Position numbers and translations under genes: made by a program | Shown here: positions 37,881-49,823 of the stretch, piece after piece | Position numbering within the stretch: the stretch's first letter is position 1 | How the letters are laid out: each line of letters starts with the position of its first letter | NCBI GenBank assembly: GCA_965153285.1 | Contig: OZ229110.1 | Direction: 5' to 3' (one strand) | Source: Podarcis tiliguerta | Lineage: Eukaryota | DNA: 64,000 nt | Notes under the pieces: model-generated | Databases searched by the model: none | The model's input: only the letters and a program-made list of their open reading frames with translations | What the model was told of the DNA's origin: nothing

Positions 37881-38198
37881 CTATTGAGAAAATGCAAAAT
37901 GTACTGCCATGAGGACTATGCCTCCCTTGTTCCATTGCACAACACCCTTTCAATGAAGTGAATGGAAAGTCTATCAACTATACAGTATTTCATTGCACAA
38001 AATTAGGAACATTTGCTATTTATCATGATAATAGGCACTTATAAAATGAAGCCTAACTCATTAAATATTTGACTTCAAATGCAGAGCTCTTGCACTGAAA
38101 TCACAGAACCTCTATCAAATCAGGTTCGGGACAAATTGAACAAAAATTACAAAGTTGGCATTTTCTGTTACTTATTGCTTCCTTGTCTTTATACTTAC

Positions 38199-38628
38199 AG
38201 ATTGGATCTGCGGCTTCATAAAGATCTGATGGCTCACTGGGAGGGCCAATTCCAGCAATATTCACAGCCATAGCTCGGAATTGGTATTTCACACCTTCAA
38301 TCAAACGCAGTACATTGTATTCCAGTCCTTTCACTGCTGGTTTTGTCACTGGAGCTCTGTTGACACGCGACCAGTAGACACCTCCTTCTTCTTTCTTTTC
38401 CAGCCAATAGCCAGTAATTGGAGCTCCACCATTGTCTAGTGGAGGTGTCCATGTTACCAGCATTGATGACCTGGTGTGCTCTGTAACCTTTGGTTTTCCA
38501 GGGGGTCCAGGAAGACCATAAGGATCCTTAATAACTACCTTTTCGGAAAGGCATTCGTCACTTGTCCCAAACCTGTTAACGGCCCTCACTCTAAATTGAT
38601 ATTGACCATTTGTTGCCAGTTTATAGAC
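38199..38628 (-). CDS. TTN: TTN exon ~282, FN3 C-part + FN3
   Basis: GT-AG, 430 nt, VYKLATNGQYQFRV. Confidence 0.93.
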
Positions 38629-38734
38629 CTGAAAAGTAAAAGAAACATGATGCATTATTATTTTTTTAAATCAGTTTCATATCAATTCCCTGTGTTGTTT
38701 CCAGGACTTTAAACAAAGAATAGCCAAAGGTCAC

Positions 38735-39138
38735 CTCACAAAGAAGGGCAACAAAGGTAGTCAGTGGTATGGAAAACAAGACTTAAAAAGAAAGGATGAA
38801 GTAATTGGGTTTGTTTAACTTGGTGGGGAGATGTCTGAAGGGGGGCATGTCAACATATTACAAATACCTGAGGAGATGTCATACAGAGGGCATAAACATC
38901 TAGATCTCATAAGCTAAAGGAGGGCACGTTTCAGTTGAACATTAGGAGAAACCTCTTAAAAGTTTGACAATGGAGTCAATGAACATTGGGTTCTTCTTCA
39001 CTGGAGGTCTTAAGCAGAATCTAAACAGCCATCTGTTGGGAGTGCCCAGGTTCTCATTTTCCTGCACTGAGCAAGGGATTTGACTAAGCAGACCCCTCAA
39101 ACTCAAAAAGGACCCATCCAACTGTTTGATCCTATGAT
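38735..39138 (+). mobile_element. CR1 LINE 3' fragment, degraded
   Basis: CR1-like 3' motifs AGAAGGGCAACAAAG, TTGAACATTAGGAGAAACCTC, CTGGAGGTCTTAAGCAGA, ending CCAAC...CTATGAT. Confidence 0.7.
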
Positions 39139-39508
39139 ATGTGTAAAACCAATTCTCAGAACTGGTTTTAGTGTATTTTGGATGTTTTCCATGCAGTTAG
39201 ATGCCATCATATGGACATCTTAAAGCAGTTCTTGAAAAAACCACCTGCTTGTTGCTCTGATGCTTAACAACTCTATACATCATTGGCATATCTGCACCAA
39301 CTGCTACTAACCCGACTCTGAAGGGAGCGAAGTACCATTCAATACAGAGTATAGGAATACCTATTTTGGCATTAAATGGAAGGCAGATGTAAAAATAGGA
39401 AATCTGGAAGATGAACAGTGTTAACATTCAGCTCAACAATTTTATAAATGGTCATTTTTCATTTAAAGACTATTCCTTTCGCCTATGAAATCAAGATTGA
39501 AGCATTAC

Positions 39509-39699
39509 CCCAAATCGTCTATCCACAACAGTGCTGGATACTTCCTCCCAGTCAGACTTCTTTTTGCTCGCATCACGCTTCTCAATAATGTAGTGTGTAA
39601 TCTCACTGCCACCATTATCGAGTGGGGCATCCCAAGTCAAACAGCAAGATTCAGCTTTAATATCCGATACGGTGAGATTTCTCGGTGGAGAAGGACGAT
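39509..39699 (-). CDS. TTN: TTN exon ~281, FN3 N-part
   Basis: GT-AG, 191 nt, DRPSPPRNLTVSDI. Confidence 0.92.
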
Positions 39700-39784
39700 C
39701 TAAATAAAACCAATTTGGTATTGTGTTATGGTAGAAGTAAAGTAAGAAAACCTTGGCCGTTTAAGAAAGAAGCTGGATACATAC

Positions 39785-40093
39785 CAAATACTTCAACGTG
39801 AACATTGCGGTATGCGGTGCCAAGACGATTAGAAGCTGAAACTGTGTAAGTGCCTTTATCATTCCTAACTGCTGCAGGCATGCTGAGTTCAGTTTTCGCC
39901 TCTGTTCTACTTGTTTCCTTTTTGGTGATCTTAAGGGCATCTGATGCTTTATCAATAACAACGTCATCTTTAGACCATTCAATCTTTGGCATTGGAAGAC
40001 CTGTCACGTCTGCTGGAATGTTGACTGGTTGCCCTGCCATAACTTTGATAGTATCTCCTCTAACAGATAGACGCAATGTCACTGTGGGAGGTT
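39785..40093 (-). CDS. TTN: TTN exon ~280, Ig
   Basis: GT-AG, 309 nt, EPPTVTLRLSVRGD. Confidence 0.93.
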
Positions 40094-40160
40094 CTGAAAA
40101 AAGAAAATGAATGCAAAAGTGATTAACCATGTAATTCTCAAAAATATAGTGAGGCGTCTA

Positions 40161-40516
40161 AAGGTAAAGGTACCCCTGCCTGTACGGGCCAGTCGTGTCC
40201 AACTCTGGGGTTGCGTGCCCATCTCGCTTAAGAGGCCGGGGGCCAGTGCTGTCCAAAGACACTTCCGGGTCACGTGGCCAGCGTGACAAGCTGCATCTGG
40301 CGAGCCAGCGCAACACACGGAAACGCTGTTTACCTTCCCGCTAGTAAGCGGTCCCTATTTATCTACTTGCACCCGAGAGTGCTTTCAAACTGCTAGGTTG
40401 GCAGGCGCTGGGACCGAGCAAAGGGAGCGCACCCCACCGTGGGGATTTGAACCGCCGACCTGACGATCGGCAAGTCCTAGGCGCTGAGGTTTTACCCACA
40501 GTGCCACCCGCGTCCC
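40161..40516 (-). mobile_element. Sauria SINE, full length
   Basis: Same family as 14104-14461; 12-bp TSD GTGAGGCGTCTA at 40149-40160 and 40523-40534. Confidence 0.9.
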
Positions 40517-40595
40517 GGTGGCGTGAGGCGTCTAGCAGACACCAAATGTTCACATCTATAGATAAAGTGTACACATTTATATTAAAGAGCCTCAC

Positions 40596-40895
40596 CTTCA
40601 TCATCCTGTACGACTACATTAAGGGGCAGTGACGGTTCACTTTCTCCAATCTCGTTGACAGCCTTGACTCGGAACTCATACATATGCAGCTCAGCAAGAT
40701 TGTCCACAAGAAGGGATGTGGTTGGACAGAGTCTCTTATTGACTCTTTCGAATTCATTTGAGTCATGTCTTCTTTTGTCAACAATGTAGCCGATGATGGG
40801 GCTTCCACCATCATTACGGGGAGGCTTCCAGTCAAGTGTAACAGAGTTCTTTGTTCTCTCTGTGTACATGAACCTCTCAGGAGCAGTTGGAGGAC
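40596..40895 (-). CDS. TTN: TTN exon ~279, FN3
   Basis: GT-AG, 300 nt, GPPTAPERFMYTER. Confidence 0.93.
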
Positions 40896-41461
40896 CTGTT
40901 GTGGCAAGAATGAAAAATGATAAGTTAAATTTGAAAAAATAAACCCTTGTTTTTTCACGTCATGTTTACTGTGCAGCAGTTTCACCAGAAAACAAGGTAA
41001 AAATACATCGTTTTATTTATTTCGGTTTATATTCCCCTGCCTCCAAGGCTAGGGACATGAAACATGCTATTTAAAGAGGAGGGGAGCTCTGCAGATGTTT
41101 ACTGAAACCCACCTCTCCATCCTCAGTTTAAAACTGTCATTAAATACTAAATTAAATGGGACAATGCTATACTAACTCCAAAATGCATTGGTGCGACTCC
41201 AGTGAATTGCTGGAAGTGGGAAAGAGGTGTGTGGAGAAATTGGATTTTGTAAATCTAGAGCAGCTACAGAAAAGTTTCACATCAGAGCATCTTCGCATGC
41301 AACATTTTGCCCTTGTAGGGTTATTTTCTTTTTTATATATATAAAAAAGTATTTCCACACAGAAATGAACATGGGAAGCACTAGGTTTTCAGTTATTCCG
41401 ACTCTAGAAAAGTTCTCTTTCAAGAAACTGACATGTTCTGGGTTCAACTGTAAGAATGTGG

Positions 41462-41498
41462 ACGCGCACGTGCGCACGCGCACACACACACACACACG
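41462..41498. repeat. (CG/CA)n alternating purine-pyrimidine microsatellite
   Basis: ACGCGCACGTGCGCACGCGCACACACACACACACACG. Confidence 0.85.
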
Positions 41499-41621
41499 GA
41501 GTGTTGTGATGATAAAGGATATAAATATATATTTTGAATGGTGTTAAAAGTTGGAATTACGGGAGGGGGATCCTCTGTTCCAAAGTGTTCTGATGGTTTT
41601 TATCAATACAAGAAGTTTTAC

Positions 41622-41915
41622 CTTTGGGGTCAACAGCAAGGAGAGGTCCCAGTTCAACAGGTGGTCCACAGCCAAACTTGTTCTTGGCGAAGACACGGAA
41701 CTTATATTCTTGTCCTTCAACAAGACCTGTTATATCACACTTAGATCTGTCTGTATCTACGGCTAGTCTCCATGTATGCATTTTGGCATCTTTCCTCTCT
41801 ACAAGGAAACCTATGATCTCACTTCCTCCATCGTCTTTGGGATCATCCCAGTTAAGTAGACACATCTTTCTATTTACCACCACAGGATGCAAGTCAGTAA
41901 CCGGACCAGGAACAT
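41622..41915 (-). CDS. TTN: TTN exon ~278, FN3
   Basis: GT-AG, 294 nt, DVPGPVTDLHPVVV. Confidence 0.93.
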
Positions 41916-41998
41916 CTGGAAAAGAAGACATGAGATGTAATTAAGGAAGGCCAAATACTTAATATATTCATCGTTTCACTCTATGCAGCATTTCTTAC

Positions 41999-42283
41999 CA
42001 AATATTTCTGCTCTGGTTGCAGCAAATTTAGAACCACTTTCGTTAGTGGCAGTAATCACGTATCTTCCGTGGTCTTTTCTGAGTGCATTTTTGATAAACA
42101 GCTCAGATGAAGTGCCAACATTTTCAATCACAACTCGCTCTTTGTCAACATCTGCATCCTCTAAAGTCCACACAATTGTAGGGGTAGGTCGTCCAGTAAC
42201 AACAGCAGGGAGTTTAAGAGCTTGACCTGCCAGTATCTGAACTCCTGCCCTGACAGAAATATCAAATTCAACAGTGGGAGGCT
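41999..42283 (-). CDS. TTN: TTN exon ~277, Ig (D-zone repeat 2)
   Basis: GT-AG, 285 nt, EPPTVEFDISVRAG. Confidence 0.93.
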
Positions 42284-42375
42284 CTGTATAAGGAAAAAGA
42301 GAGAGAATTAATTAATTTACAATTCCACAAACTATTTCATGTTAGATTTCAATTTAAATTACATAATCACAGTAC

Positions 42376-42672
42376 CTTGAGGCTCTGCAACTGTTACAGG
42401 TTCTGTTTCTCCAGGAGGTCCTTCCCCAGCAACATTAAGGGCGGTAATACGAAGTTTGTAATCTGCACCTTCTCTAATTCCTTTAACCATATAGCTCCGA
42501 ACCTTAATAGGTCTTTCTGTGCAGCGAGACCATTCATTTGAGCCGACAAAATTCTTGTAAACATGGTAGCCCGTGATTTCACTACCCCCATTGTATAGCG
42601 GAGCGTCCCATTCAACGTCAATAGATGTTGAGCTTGTATCAACAATTCTTGGAACAGGTGGGCCAGGAGGCA
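42376..42672 (-). CDS. TTN: TTN exon ~276, FN3
   Basis: GT-AG, 297 nt, LPPGPPVPRIVDTS. Confidence 0.93.
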
Positions 42673-42769
42673 CTAAAAGAAAAAAAAATACATATAAAGA
42701 GAGATTAATAGACTGAAAATTTCCCTTTTCAAACTAAGGGATAATATTATCTATCTTACAACAACTTAC

Positions 42770-43069
42770 ATATTGGGTCTTGTGCAGTTTTAGGATCTGA
42801 AGGGGGACTGAATTTGCCAAGGCCAGCTGCATTTTCAGCACAAACTCTAAAAACGTAAGTTAGACCTTCTAAAAGTCCTTCAACTCTAGTTTCCAGGGCA
42901 TTCACACGCTCTTTGTTCACACGGGCCCAGTGGGTTCCATTGATTTCACGCTTTTCAATCCAGTATCCCAAAATGGGGCTACCATTGTCTTTAGGCTCAT
43001 TCCACTTAACCAACAGACTACTGCTAGTTGGATCCTCTACTAGAGGTTTATCAGGTGCATCAGGAGGAC
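42770..43069 (-). CDS. TTN: TTN exon ~275, FN3
   Basis: GT-AG, 300 nt, SPPDAPDKPLVEDP. Confidence 0.93.
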
Positions 43070-44054
43070 CTATAAAAAGAGGATATGCAAATGTTAGTGG
43101 AGCTTACCAAATCATACAGAAATTTAATTTGTTTAATGCCTCTAATTTTCTCCTCCACCATATCTTTACTTGGACGCTTCAGTTGCAATATGCAGCCTGA
43201 TCTTATTCACAGTTACTTGAAATGAAGTCCCATGATTTCAGCTGTACTTACTCCCAGGTAAATGTGTCTAGGATTGCAGCCTGAGAGCTACTAAATTAGC
43301 TGTTACATGTATTTTTCTTTACTACATAAAGGGGGCAAACTGGGATGAAAAATGGGGGCAAGGGCAGTTAGCTTGGTTCTCCCAGCATGCCTTTAAGTGA
43401 ATTCAGAACCCCTCGTGAGTAGTAAAGTTTAGCTTGGTCCCTGGAAAGCCACATCCCAATAAAACGAAACTGCCTTCATGATATGTAAATATTATCTCTG
43501 TGTTATACCCTAAATGTGTAGATGCGCATGCTTGAAACTTGTAGAGAGTGTGGGTGGGTTTTGTGTATATGGAAAGACTTAAAGAAAATGTGTGCTTTTC
43601 ACAGTTCTTCTTTTCCCACTTTTTATGTACGAATTCATCTGCAATTTATTTTACTGGTGGATTATTTAAGCATTTGCTTTTGTCAATGATGATCTTACCA
43701 GCTCAGTGTACCCGTATATCTCAAGGATTTATTATTTGTAATTACCACCCACTTCACACACTTTAAGACACAAGGAGAGAACAGAATAGAAAAGTCTGAT
43801 ATGGCAAGTTTTACAGTCAACTAGCATGGATTGTCTTAGCTTTTTCTTTTTCTGTTTAGGATGTTGCACTCAGATGCAACAATCAGCAAATGTAATCTAG
43901 CCATGTCCTTCTGCAAGGTTTTTCTGCTGGGTTATTAATAGAATTAAAGTTTTAATGTTAAAGTACAATATGAGTGTAAGGTAATAATGATGATGATGGC
44001 AGTGCCTTTTGGGAAAAATGAATGAAGCACATATTTAGAGAGTACAAGACTTAC

Positions 44055-44357
44055 TGAATGGATCTTGAGCTACAACAGGTTTTGAAAGACATGGAGGTCC
44101 AGCTCCTACTCTGTTCTCAGCTTTCACACGGAATATGTATTCCTTTCCTTCAATAAGTTTAGGCACATTATATTTGCAATGCCTAAGCGTTGAAGTAACG
44201 GTGATCCAGCCAATGTCGGATTTTGTGTTGTCTTTCTTTTCAAGGACGTAGTTCAATATTTCACTTCCGCCATCATCAAGAGGAGGCTCCCACTTGCAAG
44301 TGATGCTATTTTTACGAACCTCCTCAAAAACAAAGTTGACTGGTGGTCCAGGTGTAT
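44055..44357 (-). CDS. TTN: TTN exon ~274, FN3
   Basis: GT-AG, 303 nt, DTPGPPVNFVFEEV. Confidence 0.93.
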
Positions 44358-44454
44358 CTGTTTTGAAAACAAAAATAATGAGCATGACTTTGCACATATC
44401 ACTTCAAACATTTTGAAGAAAATGTATCACACACCATTATGTATAAGGGCATAC

Positions 44455-44829
44455 CTAACACATTGACTTCACACGAAGCTTTCGCAACCCCGTGATCGTT
44501 TTCAACTCGAATAGTATATGTGCCATGGTCTGGTCTGATTGAATCCCGAACGACCAGTACAGAATCTCCTTGTCTGTGGTTGTCAATGCTCAAACGCTCG
44601 GGCAGGGACAAGTGGAAAGGCTCATCTTCTTCTACTTCACCTTTCTTCTTCCTAGTAACCTTGGTAACTCTCTTCTTAATTTCTGTTGGCTTAACAACTT
44701 CATCATTCCATAACCAATCAATAGTTGGGTAAGGTGACCCTGAAATGTGTGCTTCAAGTGCAATCTCAGAACCTTGCTTCACCTCCAGGCCAGCCTGCAG
44801 ATTAGCACCGAGGAAAACTTTTGGAGCCT
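44455..44829 (-). CDS. TTN: TTN exon ~273, Ig with basic/acidic loop insertion
   Basis: GT-AG, 375 nt, EAPKVFLGANLQAG. Confidence 0.93.
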
Positions 44830-44930
44830 CTGTAACCATAAAAATATTGTTTTAGTTTATATTTGATACTGTAGCATACAGCAGAATTTGAATACTTGCT
44901 AAAAATGAATAGGTAGTTTGCAACACATAC

Positions 44931-45233
44931 CAACGGGATCCACTGCTTTCACCAGAGGAGTGACATTAGAAGGTCCGCTGACACCGGCAGCATTCTCTGC
45001 ACGGACACGGAACTGATATTCTTTGCCTTCCTCAAGACCTTTCACAGGAGAAGTCAAAAGAGGAACCAAAAAGTCATTGCATCTTTCCCACTTCTCTCCT
45101 CCTTTAACTAGCTTTTCCAAAATGTAGCCCATAATCTTGGTTCCTCCATCATACAATGGTGGTTTCCATGTGAGTGTTACTGACTTCGATGTTGGATTGT
45201 GAACCTCAAGGTCAATAGGTGGATCTGGACGCT
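44931..45233 (-). CDS. TTN: TTN exon ~272, FN3
   Basis: GT-AG, 303 nt, QRPDPPIDLEVHNP. Confidence 0.93.
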
Positions 45234-45327
45234 CTGCATATTGAAAATTTAAAAGAAAATGGATAAATAGAAGGCACAGAGAAACCATTTGCCCTTTTCA
45301 GTCTTGATGATCATAAAAAAAACTTAC

Positions 45328-45627
45328 GCTTTGGATCTTCTGCAATCACTGGATTTCTCAGTTCAATGTATTCACCTCCTCCGACTTTATTAACAGCTTT
45401 AACACGGAAGTAGTATTCACCATTTTGTATGAGATCCTTTACATTCCATGCCAATTTGTTCTCACCAGACATCACTGGTATGTATGTTCTCCTACCAGCT
45501 TCTCTTCGCTCCAGCACATAATGTAAAATTGGAGTGTTGCCATCAAATTCTGGAGGTTCCCAGGTCACTTTACATGAATTTTTAGTTACTTCACTTGCCT
45601 TGATACTATTGCATGGTCCAGGCACAC
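45328..45627 (-). CDS. TTN: TTN exon ~271, FN3
   Basis: GT-AG, 300 nt, GVPGPCNSIKASEV. Confidence 0.93.
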
Positions 45628-45844
45628 CTAATTGAAGAACAATAGGTACACATGTAGCATTTAATAAAGTAAATTGGTTTGAAAACTGTATTAATAGAAT
45701 ATATATACTCATGTGCACTAATCATATGGATGTTAAACATTTATATATAAAATTTACAATTCCTCAGGTTGACCTATCTCCATATTTAGACACATGGAGA
45801 TATCAGCTTTGGCTCACGTTACATGTATCAATTAAGCAGCTAAG

Positions 45845-46374
45845 TGTCAGGCTTCAGGGAATCAGCTTCCTCCCCCGTGGCAGTAGATAAGCAAAACAAA
45901 GGAAAAGGAGTTGTCTTACCAGTTAGAAACTAATAATCACAGTGAGAGAACAAAGAACCCATCTCCTAGGAATGGCGGTGCTCCCAATTAAGGATCCTAC
46001 CCCCTTATGTCCCTATTAATCTACGTCATTTCTACGTCTTGTAATCTGAATTTGTACTCTCTGTGCTTTCTGTTCTGCCACTTTCTGAACTCTTCTCAAC
46101 CTTGGAGAGGGCGGTGGGGGAATGCTGTCCAGAGACTGTGAATCTGTTAACCCTCTCTCTTCCACCGTTTCTTCTCCTAGCTGTTCCCCATCCAGTATTT
46201 CCCAGCTTCTGCCTTCTGAACTATGCCCCTCTGCAAACCACTGTTCCAAATCTATACTGTCCTCCTGCTCCTGGGAAGACTCAGGATCCGGATGCAGAGC
46301 AGGGGAGGGGGAGAGGAGGGGGAGGCTCCCAACCTTCCTCCTCAGTGCAGCCCTTCTCAGCACAGTTCCTGACA
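45845..46374 (-). mobile_element. Solo LTR (530 bp)
   Basis: Termini TGTCAGG...CCTGACA; perfect 5-bp TSD CTAAG at 45840-45844 and 46375-46379; strand inferred from its ORF. Confidence 0.85.
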
Positions 46375-46454
46375 CTAAGAGCTGAGCATCTTGTCACCCG
46401 TTCAACTTTATGGGTCTAATTCACATAATTGCAGGTATAAGAAAAATAAATTAC

Positions 46455-46733
46455 CTATTACTTTGACATTGATTGTACCAGTTGTTGAACCCAATTTATT
46501 CTCCAAGGTAATAGTGTAAACGCCAGCATCAGCATGGACTGCATTTGTTACTTCCAGCAAGGCAGAGACGTGGTCGCTCTTCATTGTTGTTCGGTCACCG
46601 GCTTTCAACTCCTTCCCACTCTTATGCCAAGCAATAGTTGGAGTTGGAACAGCTCTGAAGGGCACAGGGATACTTAACTTTTCACCTTCAACCACAATGA
46701 GGTCTGTAGTCTTTATATCAACAGTTGGATTAC
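46455..46733 (-). CDS. TTN: TTN exon ~270, Ig (start of D-zone repeat 1)
   Basis: GT-AG, 279 nt, CNPTVDIKTTDLIV; acceptor is T11-A8-G. Confidence 0.9.
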
Positions 46734-46843
46734 CTTTTTTTTAAAAAAAAAAACACAGAAAAATAATTTCAATTAGTGTGCCAAAGCAATTTCACAATTT
46801 AGAATTTATTTCATATGACTGTTTCGAAAACAACTATACTTAC

Positions 46844-47149
46844 AATCTGGATCTTTGGCGACAACGTTTTCTGATATGTCTGATGGCTCACTAGCCCCTA
46901 TAGCGTTGACAGCTCTGACCCTGAGAATATATTCCTTGTCAGGGACAACGCCTTCTTCTGCTTTGTATTTCAAATCTTTGACTGGTCGAGAATTTATTCT
47001 CATCCATTTTTCAGTTCCTGCTTCACAGAGTTCTATATTGTATCCGATTATAGGACTGCCGCCATTTTTCTCTGGGGGTTTCCACGCAATCGAAATGTGT
47101 TTTCTTCCTGCGTCTGTCACATGTAAGTCCAGAGGAGGTGAAGGAGGGC
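46844..47149 (-). CDS. TTN: TTN exon ~269, FN3
   Basis: GT-AG, 306 nt, SPPSPPLDLHVTDA. Confidence 0.93.
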
Positions 47150-47241
47150 CTGCAGGAATACATAAGTAATGTTTTTTTCTGCCGTTCTATTTGGCACAAC
47201 ACATATTTCACTGATTATAATTTCCAATGTTCATAACTCAC

Positions 47242-47438
47242 TTGTTGGATCTTCAATTGCCAGGATGTCAGTCGGTTCGCTGGGGTGACCACAGCCGGCT
47301 TCATTTTCAGCACGGACCTGGAACTGCACCTCTGTACCTTCTATGACATCCGTTACTCTGAAATTGCAGTCAGGGCCTGATGTTCTGCCAGCCTTCACCC
47401 AGCGCGTGCCAAGCTTCTCTTTCTTTTCAATAACGTAT
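47242..47438 (-). CDS. TTN: TTN exon ~268, FN3 C-part
   Basis: GT-AG, 197 nt, YVIEKKEKLGTRW. Confidence 0.92.
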
Positions 47439-47486
47439 CTGTGCGAAGAACAGATGTTTATAAGGTGCATGAATCCATACAATTCA

Positions 47487-47822
47487 AACAACAACAACAA
47501 CAATAATAATTTTTTATTTATACCTCGCCCTTCCCAGTGCAGAAAACCGGGCTCAGGGTGGCTAACAACAAATTTAAAACACATTTAAAACAGCATAAAA
47601 TACAGTATAAAACGTGAATAACAATCAATTCAGAATTCAAAAATCAATTTAGGGGGGAAATCCATCCAATAAACATTAGATGATCACCAGGGCTAGCTGG
47701 CTAAATTAGTCCTATTTGGGCCAGCGAGGAGACCAGGGGAGAATTAGCTGTGGGATCCAGAGAGGGTAATGTTCATAAAAAGGGGAGGGGGAGGGAAGGA
47801 AGAGGAATAAAAGATCAGGCCA
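47487..47822 (-). mobile_element. LINE (L2-like) 3' end with (TTG/TTA)n tail
   Basis: (AAC)n(AAT)n followed by TTTATTTATACCTCGCCC..., the reverse complement of an L2-type 3' terminus. Confidence 0.55.
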
Positions 47823-48110
47823 AGTAGAAAGATTTAATCAAGAACGAATCGTTCATTTAGATTTGAAACATTACTCATCTAATAGATAATAAATGTGTAT
47901 AATGAACACAATAAACTTTGGAACCTTTAAAAATAAATTTTCTCTATTAATCATCTCTCCCTGCCCCAGATTTTATACTCTTTCCCAATATATTCTGTCT
48001 GTATCTATCTTTCTATCTTTCTTTCTATCTAAAAATGTATATGCTGCTTGATTGTAAACTGAACCTCTAAGTGGTTTACAAAAAGATAAATATAAACAAT
48101 TCTCTTTTAC

Positions 48111-48216
48111 CGTAGAATTGGTCTGCCACCATCATTCTTAGGCGGTTCCCATTTTAGGTCGACATGTCTCTTTGTCACTTCGACTGGTGTAAGTGCATAT
48201 GGTGCTCCAGGGGTAG
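48111..48216 (-). CDS. TTN: TTN exon ~267, FN3 N-part
   Basis: GT-AG, 106 nt, TTPGAPYALTPVEV. Confidence 0.92.
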
Positions 48217-48316
48217 CTAAATTAAAATAATATTGATAATTAGGAAAACAGAAATTTAAAAACAATGACATAGTTTGTTGAAGCTGAATTCTGAGTGTGT
48301 GCACTTGAAAACTTAC

Positions 48317-48616
48317 TGAAGGTGTCTTTTGCAAGAACAGAGTCCTCAATTTCACAGTAGTCACTCTGCCCCACTGCATTTTCTGCAGCCACACGGAATA
48401 CATACAGAGAGCCTTCTGTTAGTGGTGTCACTGTATATTTGGTGTCCTTAACCGTAGTATCAACCGTCTGCCAGCCTTTCCGCCGTACGTCTCTCTTTTC
48501 AACAATGTAATTTGTAATAGGAGAACCTCCGTCCCGTTCTGGTACTGTCCATTTAAGGTCTGCAGTGTTTTTAGTGATATTAATGACCTCAAGCCATCGA
48601 GGTGGTGAAGGGGGAT
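48317..48616 (-). CDS. TTN: TTN exon ~266, FN3
   Basis: GT-AG, 300 nt, NPPSPPRWLEVINI. Confidence 0.93.
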
Positions 48617-48790
48617 CTGTAACAATATTAAAGCAAAATATTATTAATTTGAATATGTTTTAATGTTTCCATTGCACCCTTAACACAAACCATAGTTCTA
48701 ATGAATTAGTGATGATGAATTAATTGATGTATCATCTTTTACATGTGTAACCCATCAATTTACAATCATATCACAAAAGCAGCTAAAAAC

Positions 48791-49139
48791 AGTATACCCG
48801 AAGGAGCATCTCCACCCCCTGAGGTCCAGCTCCAAGGGCCTTCTGGCGGTTCCCTCACTGCAAGAAGTGAGGTTACGGGGAACCAGGCAGAGGGCCTTCT
48901 CGGGAGTGGTGCCCGCCCTGTGGAATGCCCTCCCTTCAGATGTCAAGGAAATAAACCACTATCTGACTTTTAGAAGACATCTGAAGGCAGCCCTGTTTAG
49001 GGAGGTTTTTAATGTTTGATGTTTTATCGTGTTTTTAATATTCTGTTGAGAGCTGCCCAGAGTGGCTGGGGAGGCCCAGCCAGATGGGCGGGGTATAAGT
49101 AATACATTAATTATTATTATTATTATTATTATTATTATT
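48791..49139 (+). mobile_element. L2 LINE 3' fragment with (TAT)n tail
   Basis: Collinear with the 11993-12406 copy (GGAACCAGGCAGAGGGCCTTCTCG...). Confidence 0.85.
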
Positions 49140-49230
49140 GAAAAACAATTGCAAGTACAGACAGTGGCTGCCCCGCTGAAAGCCCCACTCCAAGTTACTG
49201 TGGAGCAGGCTTCTGATACTTTTGGGACTT

Positions 49231-49483
49231 GAAGAAGAAGAAGAAGAGTTTGGATTTGATATCCCGCTTTATCACTACCTGAAGGAGTCTCAAAGCGGCT
49301 AACATTCTCCTTTCCCTTCCACCCCCACAACAAACACTCTGTGAGGTGAATGGGGCTGAGAGACTTCAGAGAAGTGTGACTGGCCCAAGGTCACCCAGCA
49401 GCTGCATGTGGAGGAGCGGAGATGTGAACCCGGTTCCCCAGATTGCGAGTCTACCACTCTTAACCACTACACCACACTGGCTC
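49231..49483 (-). mobile_element. Squam3-type tRNA/CORE SINE with (CTT)n tail
   Basis: Minus strand GAGCCAGTGTGGTGTAGTGGTTAAGAG..., CORE-like GCTGGGTGACCTTGGGCCAGTCAC, (CTT)n tail. Confidence 0.8.
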
Positions 49484-49523
49484 TCAGGAGACGCTTTCCT
49501 GTCAAATGCAATGGCCAACTTAC

Positions 49524-49823
49524 TCAGTCTCTCCTTGCATAGCACGGGATCGCTGGGCTCGCTAGGCTCACTCTCTCCAGCTTTGTTCACAGCTCTGACT
49601 CGGAAGGAATATTCTTGCTTCTCCATAAGCCCTTTGAGGAAGTGTTCTGGTGTGGGGATGCCTTCAGCCACTCTCACCCACTCGTCTGTGCCAGTCTTTA
49701 ACAATTCAATGACATATGATTCAATCTTGGCACCGCCGTCGTGTTCTGGCTTCGTCCAGTTCAAGAAACAGGAGGTCTTGGCAACGTCTTTGACAATTGG
49801 CTTGCCGGGTGGCCATGGGGGAT
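49524..49823 (-). CDS. TTN: TTN exon ~265, FN3
   Basis: GT-AG, 300 nt, DPPWPPGKPIVKDV. Confidence 0.93.
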
